56,590 bases of DNA from Ectothiorhodospiraceae bacterium (GTDB taxonomy: Bacteria; Pseudomonadota; Gammaproteobacteria; Thiohalomonadales; Thiohalomonadaceae): NCBI GenBank assembly GCA_007125455.1, contig SLDE01000019.1, positions 1 through 56,590 on the forward strand. The letters run 5' to 3'. How positions within the stretch are numbered: position 1 is the first letter of the stretch; every line of letters starts with the position of its first letter. The notes below the pieces were generated by a model, which was not told where the DNA came from, searched no databases, and saw nothing but the letters and a program-made list of their open reading frames with translations. Position numbers and translations under genes: made by a program. This document shows positions 30,855 through 40,683 of the stretch, one piece after another.

Positions 30855-31739
30855 ATGAGCAAACATCAGCATCATCGTAATACCATCTTTCCCGAAAAGG
30901 CCAAGATCCTACGCCACCAAGCGCATGAGGGTCAGCAGTACAGCCTGCAACTACAGGCCCCGGAGATCGCCAAGCGGGCCGAGCCCGGCAGCTTCGTGCA
31001 CATCCAGGTCGATCCACAGCGCCCCCTGCGCCGTCCCATCTCGATCATGCGCGCCGATCCCAACAACGGCACCATCGAGCTGCTCTACAAGGTCTTTGGT
31101 GAAGGCACCCGACTGCTCTCACAACGCCAGGTAGGGGAGAAGCTCGACCTGCTCGGCCCCATCGGCACGCCCTTCACAGCGCACATGAATCGCCCACGTC
31201 CGCTGCTGATCGGCGGTGGTGTCGGGATCCCACCGATGGTGTTTCTCGCCGACCGCTTGCGCGCCATCAAGGGTGCCTATCAGCCGCTGGTGATCATGGG
31301 CTCGGAGGTTCCCTTCCCCTTTCAGGCGCGCCCTTCCCAGATCATGCTACCGGGGATCCCCGCCGATACCATTGCCGCGATGCCGCTCCTTGAGGACTGG
31401 GGGATCGCCTCCCGTCTGACCAGCAAGCAGGGCTATCCTGGGGTGTTTGACGGCTATGTCACCGAGCTGGCCAGACAGTGGCTGGATGGTCTGAGCGAAG
31501 AACAACGCGCCGAGGTAGAGGTGTTCAGCTGTGGCCCTCACCCGATGCTGGAGGCGGTAGCGGCACTGGCACGGGAGTACCACCTGCCCTGCCAGGTCTC
31601 CATGGAAGAATTCATGGCCTGTGGCGTGGGTGGCTGTGCCGGCTGCGTGGTGGAGGTGCAGACCGAGCAGGGGCCAGCGATGAAGCGGGTCTGTGTGGAT
31701 GGTCCGGTGTTCGATGCGAAAATGGTGTTTCCCGGATAG
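30855..31739 (+). CDS. PyrK-like FAD/NAD(P)-binding oxidoreductase with C-terminal 2Fe-2S motif
   Basis: RRPISI (FAD RxxS), GGGVGIPPM (NAD), and C-terminal MACGVGGCAGCVVEV...RVCVDGPVF, the PyrK-type Cys cluster. ATG at 30855 preferred over the track's GTG at 30822. Confidence 0.75.
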   Translation: MSKHQHHRNTIFPEKAKILRHQAHEGQQYSLQLQAPEIAKRAEPGSFVHIQVDPQRPLRRPISIMRADPNNGTIELLYKVFGEGTRLLSQRQVGEKLDLLGPIGTPFTAHMNRPRPLLIGGGVGIPPMVFLADRLRAIKGAYQPLVIMGSEVPFPFQARPSQIMLPGIPADTIAAMPLLEDWGIASRLTSKQGYPGVFDGYVTELARQWLDGLSEEQRAEVEVFSCGPHPMLEAVAALAREYHLPCQVSMEEFMACGVGGCAGCVVEVQTEQGPAMKRVCVDGPVFDAKMVFPG

Positions 31740-31813
31740 GGGATAGGAAATGGGAAGTAGGGGATTGTGAGGGCTTGCTAACTCAGCAAGCCCCATTCCC
31801 TACTTTCCGTGAC
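31734..31813. repeat. heptad-periodic inverted repeat/hairpin between the convergent pyrK-like gene and pilU
   Basis: Left arm GGATAGG GGATAGG AAATGGG AAGTAGG GGATTGT GAGGGCT starts inside the last codons of the pyrK-like gene. Stem gggcttgc/gcaagccc (8 bp) plus gggaagtaggg/ccctactttcc (10 of 11). Ends 18 nt before the pilU stop. Confidence 0.7.
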
Positions 31814-31830
31814 TCATAAGCACCACCCAA

Positions 31831-32973
31831 TCACCGGATCCGCCCCGAATCTTCGGTGGCCTCCAGGGTCAAACCTTCCAGTCCGGCGGTGAGGGCTGCC
31901 TCGTCTTCGCCCTGCTCGTCGAGCTTGATCATCAAGCGTACCTCGTTGGGCGAATCGGCGTTGCGCAGCGCCTCTTCCTGGCTGATCTCACCCTCGCGAT
32001 AGAGTTCAAACAGGGCCTGGTCGAAGGTCCTCATCCCTAACTCACCGGACTTTTTCATCAGGCTCTTGATCTCGTGGATCTCCCCCTTGAGGATGAGGTC
32101 GGCCATCAGTGGCGTATTGATCAAGATCTCGATCGCGGCACGACGGCGCTCACCGTCCAGGGTGGGGATCAGGCGTTGGCTGATCACACCCTTGAGGTTG
32201 AGCGAAAGATCCATCAGCAGTTGCGAACGTCGATCCTCGGGGAAGAAGTTGATGATACGGTCCATCGCCTGGTTGGAGTTGTTGGCATGCAAGGTGGCCA
32301 AACAGAGGTGGCCTGTTTCAGCGAAGGCGATGGCATGTTCCATGGTCTCACGGTGGCGGATCTCACCGATGAGGATCACGTCCGGGGCCTGACGCAGGGT
32401 GTTGACCAGGGCATCTTCGAAGCTGTGGGTGTCGATCCCCACCTCACGCTGGGTGATGATGCAGCCCTTGTGTTGGTGTACATACTCGATCGGATCTTCG
32501 ATGGTGATGATGTGGCCATGGCTGTTGGTGTTGCGATAGTCCACCATCGAGGCCAATGAGGTGGATTTACCGGTACCGGTCCCGCCCACAAAGAGGAGGA
32601 TCCCGCGCTTGGTCATCGCCAGCTCTTTGAGCGTATCGGGCAGGCGGAGCTCCTCAAAGGTGGGGATAACCACCTCGATCTTACGCAACACCATGCCGAC
32701 CTGGTTACGCTGCTGAAACACGTTGACACGAAAGCGACCGATCCCGGAGCGGCTCAGGGCGAAGTTACACTCCTGGGTACTGTCAAACTCCGCCTTTTGC
32801 ACCTCGTTCATGATGCCATAGACGATCTGTTTGGCCTGATCCGGGGTCAGACTGCCCTTGGCCACCGGGGTGATCTTGCCGTTGACCTTCAGACTCGGCG
32901 GGATCCCGGCAGTGATAAACAGGTCCGAGGCGTTCTTATGTACCATCAGTTTCAGTAAGGAATCAAAGTCCAC
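31831..32973 (-). CDS. pilU: type IV pilus retraction ATPase PilU
   Basis: The track ORF starts at TTG 32991. GTG at 32973, with GGAGAG 7 nt upstream, gives (M)DFDSLLKLMVHKNASDLFITAGIPPSLKVNG..., which aligns with PilU. Walker A GGTGTGKST. Confidence 0.9.
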   Translation of the reverse strand: MDFDSLLKLMVHKNASDLFITAGIPPSLKVNGKITPVAKGSLTPDQAKQIVYGIMNEVQKAEFDSTQECNFALSRSGIGRFRVNVFQQRNQVGMVLRKIEVVIPTFEELRLPDTLKELAMTKRGILLFVGGTGTGKSTSLASMVDYRNTNSHGHIITIEDPIEYVHQHKGCIITQREVGIDTHSFEDALVNTLRQAPDVILIGEIRHRETMEHAIAFAETGHLCLATLHANNSNQAMDRIINFFPEDRRSQLLMDLSLNLKGVISQRLIPTLDGERRRAAIEILINTPLMADLILKGEIHEIKSLMKKSGELGMRTFDQALFELYREGEISQEEALRNADSPNEVRLMIKLDEQGEDEAALTAGLEGLTLEATEDSGRIR

Positions 32974-33045
32974 GTAAGGCTCTCCATTCAAAATCTGTCA
33001 AAACGCACGCTTATGGGCCAGAGATGGCGATACTGCAAGCAGCGC

Positions 33046-34083
33046 TTACATGAATCCGTCTTTGTTGACCGCCTTGGAACGCGCTTCCTGTTTGCTCACC
33101 AGGCCCTTTTCTACCAGGCCCTTGAGGTTTTGGTCGAGGGTCTGCATGCCGTACTGCTGCCCGGTCTGGATCGCTGAATACATCTGCGCGATCTTGTTCT
33201 CGCGGATCAGGTTACGGATCGCCGGGATGCCGATCATGATCTCGTGGGCAGCGACTCGACCACCACCGATCTTCTTCAGCAGGGTCTGGGAGATAACCGC
33301 GCGCAGCGACTCGGACAGCATCGAGCGAACCATGTCCTTTTCCGCCGCCGGGAAGACATCGACGATACGGTCGATGGTCTTGGCCGCCGAGCTGGTATGC
33401 AGGGTACCGAAGACCATGTGACCGGTCTCGGCGGCTTCCAGCGCCAGGCGGATGGTCTCCAGGTCACGCATCTCACCGACCAGGATCACGTCCGGATCCT
33501 CACGCAGCGCCGAGCGCAGGGCCTCGTTAAAACCCAGTGAGTCGCGGTGGATCTCACGCTGGTTGATCAGACACTTCTTCGACTCGTGAACAAATTCGAT
33601 GGGGTCTTCCAGGGTGAGGATGTGACCATGGTGGTTGTCATTAACGTAGTCGATCATCGCCGCCAGGGTGGTGGACTTACCCGAGCCGGTCGGCCCAGTC
33701 ACCAGCGCCAGGCCGCGCGGGTTGTCAGAGATTTCCTTAAAGATACCTGGGCAATTGAGCTGCTCCAGGGTGAGGATCTTGGAGGGGATGGTACGAAAGA
33801 CCGCGCCTGCACCTCGATTCTGATTGAAGGCATTGACACGAAAACGTGCCAGCCCCTTGATCTCGAAAGAGAAGTCGGTCTCCAGAAACTCTTCGTAGTC
33901 CTTGCGCTGCTTATCGTTCATGATCTCGTAGACCAGCCGGTGTACCTCACTGTGCTCCATCGGCGGGACGTTGATACGGCGTACATCGCCATCCACACGG
34001 ATCATTGGCGGCAGGCCAGCCGAGAGATGGAGGTCGGAGGCGCCATTTTTGACCGAGAAGGCGAGCAGTTCCGTAATATCCAT
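33046..34083 (-). CDS. pilT: type IV pilus twitching-motility ATPase PilT
   Basis: 345 aa, MDITELLAFSVKNGASDLHLSAGLPPMIRVDG..., with Walker A GPTGSGKST. Confidence 0.95.
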   Translation of the reverse strand: MDITELLAFSVKNGASDLHLSAGLPPMIRVDGDVRRINVPPMEHSEVHRLVYEIMNDKQRKDYEEFLETDFSFEIKGLARFRVNAFNQNRGAGAVFRTIPSKILTLEQLNCPGIFKEISDNPRGLALVTGPTGSGKSTTLAAMIDYVNDNHHGHILTLEDPIEFVHESKKCLINQREIHRDSLGFNEALRSALREDPDVILVGEMRDLETIRLALEAAETGHMVFGTLHTSSAAKTIDRIVDVFPAAEKDMVRSMLSESLRAVISQTLLKKIGGGRVAAHEIMIGIPAIRNLIRENKIAQMYSAIQTGQQYGMQTLDQNLKGLVEKGLVSKQEARSKAVNKDGFM

Positions 34084-34158
34084 TACAATATCCTCTGCGT
34101 TATTGCTAACTTTGTTATCTTCAAGACTTTATAGCAGACTAAAGTATACCCTTAAACC

Positions 34159-34860
34159 ATGACAGACAACTCACAAGCCAATGATTCGCCCCTGCGGCGT
34201 GTCCAACAGCGTATCGCCAGCGCCAGTGAGCAGGCCGGGCGGGGGCAGGACTCGGTGGCCCTGCTGGCGGTAAGCAAGACCCGCCCAGCCGCCGATCTGC
34301 GCCACCTCGCCGCCCAGGGGCAGCGCTGCTTTGGGGAGAATTATCTGCAGGAGGCCCTGGAGAAGATCACCGCCCTGGCGGATCTGGAGCTCGAATGGCA
34401 CTTCATTGGCCCACTCCAATCCAACAAGACCCGCCCCATCGCCGAACACTTCGCCTGGGTGCATAGCGTCGACAGGCTCAAGATCGCCCGGCGCTTGAGT
34501 GAGCAGCGTCCCGCGCAGCTGCCGCCCTTGCAGATCTGTCTGCAGGTAAACATCAGCGCCGAACCGAGCAAATCCGGGGTAAGCCTCGCTGAACTCCCGG
34601 CATTGGCGGCACAGGTGACCGCGCTGCCCCGCCTGCAGCTACGGGGCCTGATGGCGATCCCGGCCCCCTGCGAAGATCCGGCCCAGCGCCACCGCCCTTT
34701 TCGCACCCTGCGCCAGGCGCTGGAGCAGCTCAACGAGCAAGGGATGGCGCTGGACACCCTGTCGATGGGGATGTCCGCCGACCTGGAAGCGGCGATTGCC
34801 GAAGGGGCTACCATGGTACGTATCGGCACCGCCCTGTTCGGGCCGCGCCAATACACCTAG
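34159..34860 (+). CDS. yggS: YggS-family pyridoxal-phosphate homeostasis protein
   Basis: 233 aa, LLAVSKTRPA...FGENYLQEA...WHFIGPLQSNK. Confidence 0.9.
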   Translation: MTDNSQANDSPLRRVQQRIASASEQAGRGQDSVALLAVSKTRPAADLRHLAAQGQRCFGENYLQEALEKITALADLELEWHFIGPLQSNKTRPIAEHFAWVHSVDRLKIARRLSEQRPAQLPPLQICLQVNISAEPSKSGVSLAELPALAAQVTALPRLQLRGLMAIPAPCEDPAQRHRPFRTLRQALEQLNEQGMALDTLSMGMSADLEAAIAEGATMVRIGTALFGPRQYT

Positions 34861-34950
34861 CCCCTTGGGGCTGTCCCACTGTGCAACAGGGATTATAATC
34901 CGGTATCTTGTTGGACAATCTAGCGGAGAACAAACACAGGATTCAGGCAT

Positions 34951-35778
34951 ATGCAAAAGAGCAAGATTGGTTTTATCGGCGGTGGCAATATGGCCACCAG
35001 CCTGATCGGCGGTCTGATCAGCGATGGTTGCCCGGCAGAGACTATCTGGACTGCCGAGCCAGACGCGGCCCGTCGTGAGGATCTGGCGGCACGCTTTGGT
35101 ATCCACACCTGCACCAACAACAGCGAGTTGGTCAATGCGGTGGATGTGGTGGTGCTGGCGGTCAAGCCACAGATGATGCACCCGGTCTGCGAGGCGATCC
35201 GCACCGCCGTACAGGGCAGCAAGCCGCTGCTGATCTCCATCGCCGCCGGTCTGCGTGTAGAGGCGCTGGATCGTTGGCTGGGGGGGGAGAATGCCATTGT
35301 GCGCACCATGCCCAACACCCCCGCCCTGGTACAGAGCGGTGCCACCGCCTTGTTTGCCAACAGCCACGTCAGTGACAGCCAGCACGAATTGGCCGAGAAC
35401 ATCCTGCGCGCGGTGGGGTTGACCCTGTGGCTGGAGGATGAGGCACAGATGGACACGGTCACCGCCATCTCCGGCAGTGGCCCCGCCTACTTCTTCCTGC
35501 TAATGGAGATGCTCGAACAGGCCGGTAGCCAACTCGGCCTGGAGCAAAAGAATGCCCGTCTGCTGGCACTGCAAACCGCCTTTGGTGCGGCCAAGATGGC
35601 GCTGGAAAGCGAACAGGATGCCGCCACCCTGCGCGCCCAGGTCACCTCACCAGGGGGCACCACCGAACGGGCCATCGGCCTGCTCGAAGAGGGGCAAATC
35701 CGTGAGCTGTTCACCCGTGCGGTGAGCGGTGCCAAGGAGCGGGCTGGTGAACTGGCCGACGAGTTAGGAGAAAAATAG
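34951..35778 (+). CDS. proC: pyrroline-5-carboxylate reductase
   Basis: 275 aa, IGFIGGGNMATSLIGGL...VTSPGGTTERAI. Confidence 0.93.
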   Translation: MQKSKIGFIGGGNMATSLIGGLISDGCPAETIWTAEPDAARREDLAARFGIHTCTNNSELVNAVDVVVLAVKPQMMHPVCEAIRTAVQGSKPLLISIAAGLRVEALDRWLGGENAIVRTMPNTPALVQSGATALFANSHVSDSQHELAENILRAVGLTLWLEDEAQMDTVTAISGSGPAYFFLLMEMLEQAGSQLGLEQKNARLLALQTAFGAAKMALESEQDAATLRAQVTSPGGTTERAIGLLEEGQIRELFTRAVSGAKERAGELADELGEK

Positions 35779-35781
35779 ACC

Positions 35782-36354
35782 ATGCAGGGCTACCTGACCT
35801 CACCGGTGGAGTTCCTCATCACCACCGTATTCCAGCTTTACATCATGCTGGTGATGGCCCGTTTCCTGTTCCAGTGGGTGCGGGCCGACTTCTACAACCC
35901 CATCTCCCAATTCCTGGTCAAGGCCACCAACCCCCCTCTGCTACCGCTGCGGCGCATCATCCCCGGCTGGGGCGGGATCGATCTGGCGGCGGTGGTGTTG
36001 ATGCTCGCCCTGCAGATGATATCGCTGCTGATCGTACTCACCCTACGCAGCGCCGGGGTGCCCTTCGAGACCCTGCTGCTGTGGTCACTGGCCGAGTTGG
36101 TCGGGCTGGGCTTTAACTTCTTCATCTTCGCGATCATCATCCAGGTGGTATTCAGTTGGATCAACCCCGGTCAATACAACCCCCTGACCGCCCTGCTGGC
36201 CAATCTGACCAGCCCGCTGCTGCGCCCGGCGCGCCGCCTGCTGCCCCCCATCTCCGGGATCGACCTCTCTCCCCTGCTGGTGCTGTTGGCACTGCAGGTG
36301 ATGAAGATGTTGATCGTGCCGCCACTGCTGCACCTGGCTGGGGTGGGGCGATAG
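35782..36354 (+). CDS. yggT: YggT-family integral membrane protein
   Basis: 190 aa with two YGGT-type repeats (...NPISQFLVKATNPPLLPLRRIIP.. and ..NPLTALLANLTSPLLRPARRLLPP..). Confidence 0.85.
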   Translation: MQGYLTSPVEFLITTVFQLYIMLVMARFLFQWVRADFYNPISQFLVKATNPPLLPLRRIIPGWGGIDLAAVVLMLALQMISLLIVLTLRSAGVPFETLLLWSLAELVGLGFNFFIFAIIIQVVFSWINPGQYNPLTALLANLTSPLLRPARRLLPPISGIDLSPLLVLLALQVMKMLIVPPLLHLAGVGR

Positions 36355-36363
36355 GCCTACAGC

Positions 36364-36663
36364 GTGGCTTGGTATCAGTGGCAAGGCGACACCCTGATCC
36401 TGCGTCTGCGCCTGCAACCCGGTGCCAGCCGAGACGCCGTCCTCGGCCCCTGGGGTGCGGACAGCTTGCGGGTAGCCGTGCAGGCCCCGCCGGTGGATGG
36501 CAAGGCCAATAAGCGCCTGCAGCGCTTCGTCGCCAAGGCCTTTGACACCGCCCCCCGCCAGGTCAAACTGCTCGGCGGAGAGCACTGCCGCGACAAACGC
36601 CTGGCCGTCGATGGGCCACAAAGACTGCCCGAAGACTGGGGAATCGAAGCCAAACCAGTGTAG
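36364..36663 (+). CDS. yggU: DUF167/YggU-family protein
   Basis: 99 aa with GTG start, ...VQAPPVDGKANKRLQRFVAKAF...VKLLGGEHCRDKRLAV. Confidence 0.8.
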   Translation: MAWYQWQGDTLILRLRLQPGASRDAVLGPWGADSLRVAVQAPPVDGKANKRLQRFVAKAFDTAPRQVKLLGGEHCRDKRLAVDGPQRLPEDWGIEAKPV

Positions 36664-36826
36664 AATGATGTGTTGAAATTCACAAAAGTCGGTCATGCAC
36701 TGGCAATAGGCCACACTATCGCGGAATATCAGCCAACAGAGGGATAACAAACGCAAGGGCCGCCAGGACAAAAAAACACGGACCCGGCATAACCACGATA
36801 ATTCAAACAGCTTGAGACGACTATCC

Positions 36827-38803
36827 ATGGCAAACAAACGCTTTACCGAACAGATGCAGGCCTACGGGCAGTGGAAGAAGGATCTAATCGTCGGGATCGA
36901 GAGCTATCAAAAGTGGCTCAATACCCACGAAATGGGCAGCCCCGAAGATGAGCTGCGGATCTACGAAAGCATCTCCTCGCTGCGCTCCGACAAACTGACC
37001 ATCGCCTTCGTCGCCGAGTTTGCCCGTGGCAAGACCGAGCTTATCAACGCCATCTTCTTTTCCGAATACGATCGTCGCCTGCTCCCCTCCGAGGCCGGTC
37101 GCACCACCATGTGCCCCACCGAGCTGTTTTACGACAACAATGAACAACACGCCTACATCCGCCTGCTGCCGATCGAAACCCGTCTCAACGAGACCAGCAT
37201 CAGCGAATACAAGAGCGAACCCATCCACTGGACATCGATGGACCTGGATCTGGAAAACCCGGACAACATGGCCGAGGCCTTCCAGGAGATCGTCAAGACC
37301 AAACAGGTGCCACTGGACGAGGCCAGGAAGCTGGGGCTCTACGACGATAGCGACAGCCACCTACACGGTACCAATGGCTCCCCACCGGAGAGCATCGAGA
37401 TCCCCACCTGGCGCCACGCCCAGATCAGCTTCCCCCATCCGCTGCTCAAGCAGGGCTTGGTGATCCTCGACACCCCTGGCCTCAACGCCCTGGGCAGCGA
37501 ACCGGAACTGACCCTCAACATGCTGCCCAGTGCCCAGGCGGTGATGTTTATCATGTCCGCCGACACCGGCGTCACCAAATCCGACATGGACATGTGGGTG
37601 CACAACGTCAAACCCCTGCGCCAGGGGCGCGAAAAGAGCACCATCGTGGTGCTCAATAAGGTCGATACCCTGTGGGACGACCTCAAAAGCAACGAAGCGG
37701 TGGAAAAGAGCATCGCCGATCAATGCCGCAAGGCTGCACAGACCCTGGGTCTGGAGAGCAGCTCAGTCACTCCGGTGTCGGCACAGAAGGGCTTGCTCGC
37801 CAAGATCCGCCACGACCAAGAGCTACTCGCACGCAGCAACATCCTCACCCTCGAATCGATCCTCGCCAACGATGTACTGCCCCAACAGCAGGAGATCGTG
37901 CGTCAGCACGTACAGGCCGAGGTGGGTAACATGATCAAAGAATCACGCGAACTGCTCGCCTCGCGTTTTCGCTCGGTCAAAAATCAGCTCGAAGAGCTCA
38001 ACAACCTCAGTGGCAAGAACAACGAGGTCATCGAACACCTGATGCAAAAGACCCGCGAAGAGCAGGTCGCCTACCACCGCAACGTGGAAAGCTTTAACGC
38101 CAATAAGAAGATCCTCTCGGAGCAAAGCCGCAAGCTGCTCGGCCTGCTCAGTCTCACCGAGCTGGACAAGCTGGTCTCCAAGAGTCGCGAATCGATGACC
38201 GGCAGCTGGACTACCCACGGCCTGAAACAAGGCATGAAGACCTTCTTCGACGGTGTGACGGCGATGTTCAACCAGGTGGATGAATACACCGACCAGCTCA
38301 ACCGGCTGGTCAATACCGTCTACCACAAGTTCCAGGCGGAACACGACATCAAAGGGATCGACCCGGTGCTGTTCAACATCACCCAGTACAAGGAGGAGAT
38401 GGACAAGCTTTATCAAGAGGCCGATGCCTTCCGCAATAGCCCGGTAACCACCATGACCGAGCAGACCTTTGTGGTCAAAAAGTTCTTCATCTCGCTGGTC
38501 AGCCATGCGCGCAACATCTTCTTCAAGGCCCACCGCGATGCCGAAAGCTGGAGCAAAGCGGTAATGTCGCCCCTGGTCAAGCAGATCAAGGACCACAAGG
38601 AACAGATGGACAAACGCCTGGACAACCTGCGCAAGATCAACGAATCCCGCGATACCCTGGAAAGTCGTATGGATGAGCTGAAAAAGAGCGCCCGGCTGCT
38701 CAAACAGCAACACGACGAGGTCGCCGGGATCTACAAGGTTATCAACCGCCCCCTCCAAGGCACGGAGGCCAACGTCCCGGCAGCGAAGGCCAAGGCGGGG
38801 TAA
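36827..38803 (+). CDS. bacterial dynamin-like GTPase
   Basis: G1 AEFARGKTELINAIF, G2-region GRTTMCPTE, G3 VILDTPGLNALG, G4 VVLNKVD. These are followed by about 350 aa of heptad-rich helical sequence. ATG at 36827 preferred over the track's TTG at 36812. Confidence 0.75.
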   Translation: MANKRFTEQMQAYGQWKKDLIVGIESYQKWLNTHEMGSPEDELRIYESISSLRSDKLTIAFVAEFARGKTELINAIFFSEYDRRLLPSEAGRTTMCPTELFYDNNEQHAYIRLLPIETRLNETSISEYKSEPIHWTSMDLDLENPDNMAEAFQEIVKTKQVPLDEARKLGLYDDSDSHLHGTNGSPPESIEIPTWRHAQISFPHPLLKQGLVILDTPGLNALGSEPELTLNMLPSAQAVMFIMSADTGVTKSDMDMWVHNVKPLRQGREKSTIVVLNKVDTLWDDLKSNEAVEKSIADQCRKAAQTLGLESSSVTPVSAQKGLLAKIRHDQELLARSNILTLESILANDVLPQQQEIVRQHVQAEVGNMIKESRELLASRFRSVKNQLEELNNLSGKNNEVIEHLMQKTREEQVAYHRNVESFNANKKILSEQSRKLLGLLSLTELDKLVSKSRESMTGSWTTHGLKQGMKTFFDGVTAMFNQVDEYTDQLNRLVNTVYHKFQAEHDIKGIDPVLFNITQYKEEMDKLYQEADAFRNSPVTTMTEQTFVVKKFFISLVSHARNIFFKAHRDAESWSKAVMSPLVKQIKDHKEQMDKRLDNLRKINESRDTLESRMDELKKSARLLKQQHDEVAGIYKVINRPLQGTEANVPAAKAKAG

Positions 38804-38921
38804 ATAGGAAGTTGGATTATGCTGGCCCGAGCATCGGGCCGAGGCAAATCAACGGTTGTTCAACGGGCGTTTTTTTGCCAGACTTTCACCCCATTATTGC
38901 GATTAGCCCAAAGACGCCCCC

Positions 38922-40070
38922 ATGCCAGAATCCATCCCGGTCGACTCCGTCGGCCTGGTTACCCCACAGACCCACCACTTCGACCAGCCACTGACCCTGG
39001 ACTGCGGTCGTGTGCTGGCGCAATACGATCTGATCTACGAGACCTACGGCGAACTCAACGCCGCCGCCGACAATGCCATCCTGATCTGCCACGCCCTCTC
39101 TGGCGATCACCATGCGGCCGGTTATCACAGCATGGACGAGCGCAAGCCCGGCTGGTGGGATTCGGCGATTGGCCCCGGCAAACCCATCGACACCAACCGT
39201 TTCTTCGTGGTCAGCCTCAACAACCTGGGCGGCTGCAAAGGCTCCACCGGCCCCAACACCATCAACCCGGACACCGGCAAGCTGTGGGGGCCCGATTTCC
39301 CCATCGTCACGGTGCGCGACTGGGTAGAAAGCCAGGCCCGCCTTGCCAACATCCTGGGGATCACACAGTGGGCCGCGGTGATCGGCGGCTCCCTGGGCGG
39401 GATGCAGGTGCTGCAATGGGCCATCGACTACCCCGAACGCCTGCGCCACGCGGTGGTCATCGCCGCCGCACCCAACCTCACGGCGCAAAACATCGCCTTT
39501 AATGAGGTGGTGCGCCAGGCACTGCGCTCCGATCCCGGCTTTCACGAGGGGCGTTATGCCGAGCACGGCGTCGTCCCTGCCCACGGGCTGAAGATCGCCC
39601 GTATGCTCGGCCACATCACCTATCTCTCCGACGATGCCATGCGCAAGAAATTCGGTCGCGAGCTGCGCGAAGGCAAGATCAGCTTCGGCTTTGACGTGGA
39701 GTTTCAGGTAGAAAGCTACCTGCGCTACCAGGGTGAGTCCTTCGTCGATCGCTTCGACGCCAACACCTACCTGCTGATGACCAAGGCGCTGGACTACTTC
39801 GATCCGGCCGCCGCCCACGGCGGGGATCTCTCCGCCGCACTGGCCCATGTGCAAGCGCGTTTCCTGGTGGTCTCTTTCACCAGTGACTGGCGCTTCGCCC
39901 CTGAGCGCTCACGGGAGATCGTCAAGGCACTGCTGGATGGCGACAAGCCGGTCAGCTACGCCGAGGTCGAGGCCCACCACGGCCACGACGCCTTCCTGAT
40001 CCCGATCCCACACTACTTCGACGTATTCCACTCCTACATGGCGTTGATCGCCCAGGAGGTTTCGCCATGA
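38922..40070 (+). CDS. metX: homoserine O-acyltransferase MetX (acetyl or succinyl specificity not decidable here)
   Basis: 382 aa, ...[19 protein letters not shown]...[12 protein letters not shown]... (alpha/beta hydrolase nucleophile elbow). Confidence 0.92.
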   Translation: MPESIPVDSVGLVTPQTHHFDQPLTLDCGRVLAQYDLIYETYGELNAAADNAILICHALSGDHHAAGYHSMDERKPGWWDSAIGPGKPIDTNRFFVVSLNNLGGCKGSTGPNTINPDTGKLWGPDFPIVTVRDWVESQARLANILGITQWAAVIGGSLGGMQVLQWAIDYPERLRHAVVIAAAPNLTAQNIAFNEVVRQALRSDPGFHEGRYAEHGVVPAHGLKIARMLGHITYLSDDAMRKKFGRELREGKISFGFDVEFQVESYLRYQGESFVDRFDANTYLLMTKALDYFDPAAAHGGDLSAALAHVQARFLVVSFTSDWRFAPERSREIVKALLDGDKPVSYAEVEAHHGHDAFLIPIPHYFDVFHSYMALIAQEVSP

Positions 40071-40672
40071 GCGAGCTGCGTTCCGACCTGGCCATCATCA
40101 GTAACTGGATCGCCCCCGGCAGCCGGGTACTCGATCTGGGCTGCGGCGATGGCACCCTACTCGATTACCTCAAACGCGAGCGGGACGTGGACGGCTACGG
40201 GCTGGAGATCGATCCGGACAACATCGTCGCCTGCATCAAGCGCGGCGTGAGCGTGATCCAGAGTGACCTGGACGCCGGGCTGAGTGACTACTTCGACGAT
40301 GCCTCTTTCGACTACGTGGTGATGAGCCAGACCCTGCAGGCAATGTACTACCCCTCACGGCTGCTCAGCGAGATGCTGCGCGTCGGGCGCGAGGGGATCG
40401 TCACCTTCCCCAACTTCGGCCACTGGCGTGCCCGCGCCCAGTTGGCGCTGGCCGGCCACATGCCCCTCTCCCGCGCCCTGCCCAACCAGTGGTACGATAC
40501 CCCCAATATCCACCTGTGTACCCTCAAGGACTTTGAAGCCCTGTGTACACGTCTGGATATCGAGATCCTGCAACGCAGCGTGGTCGACACCGCCCACCGC
40601 AGCAACTTCGCCATCTCCCTGCTACCCAACCTGCTCGGCGAGCTTGCCCTCTACCGCTTCCGGCGCAACTAA
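40067..40672 (+). CDS. metW: methionine biosynthesis protein MetW
   Basis: 201 aa, [17 protein letters not shown]..., ATGA overlap with metX. Confidence 0.9.
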   Translation: MSELRSDLAIISNWIAPGSRVLDLGCGDGTLLDYLKRERDVDGYGLEIDPDNIVACIKRGVSVIQSDLDAGLSDYFDDASFDYVVMSQTLQAMYYPSRLLSEMLRVGREGIVTFPNFGHWRARAQLALAGHMPLSRALPNQWYDTPNIHLCTLKDFEALCTRLDIEILQRSVVDTAHRSNFAISLLPNLLGELALYRFRRN

Positions 40673-40683
40673 GGAATATCACC

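Noticed and set aside
38826-38876. Possible terminator after the dynamin-like gene (ggcccg-agcat-cgggcc, then a T7 run about 25 nt downstream)
   Set aside because: The U-run is not adjacent to the stem, and the sequence just before the T-run has no complementary partner.
38886-39854. 322-aa minus-strand ORF, plus similar long antisense ORFs (16190..17275, 21837..22736, 24965..25765, 27415..28191, 44142..45023)
   Set aside because: All lie opposite strongly recognisable genes and have Gly/Arg/Ala/His-biased composition.
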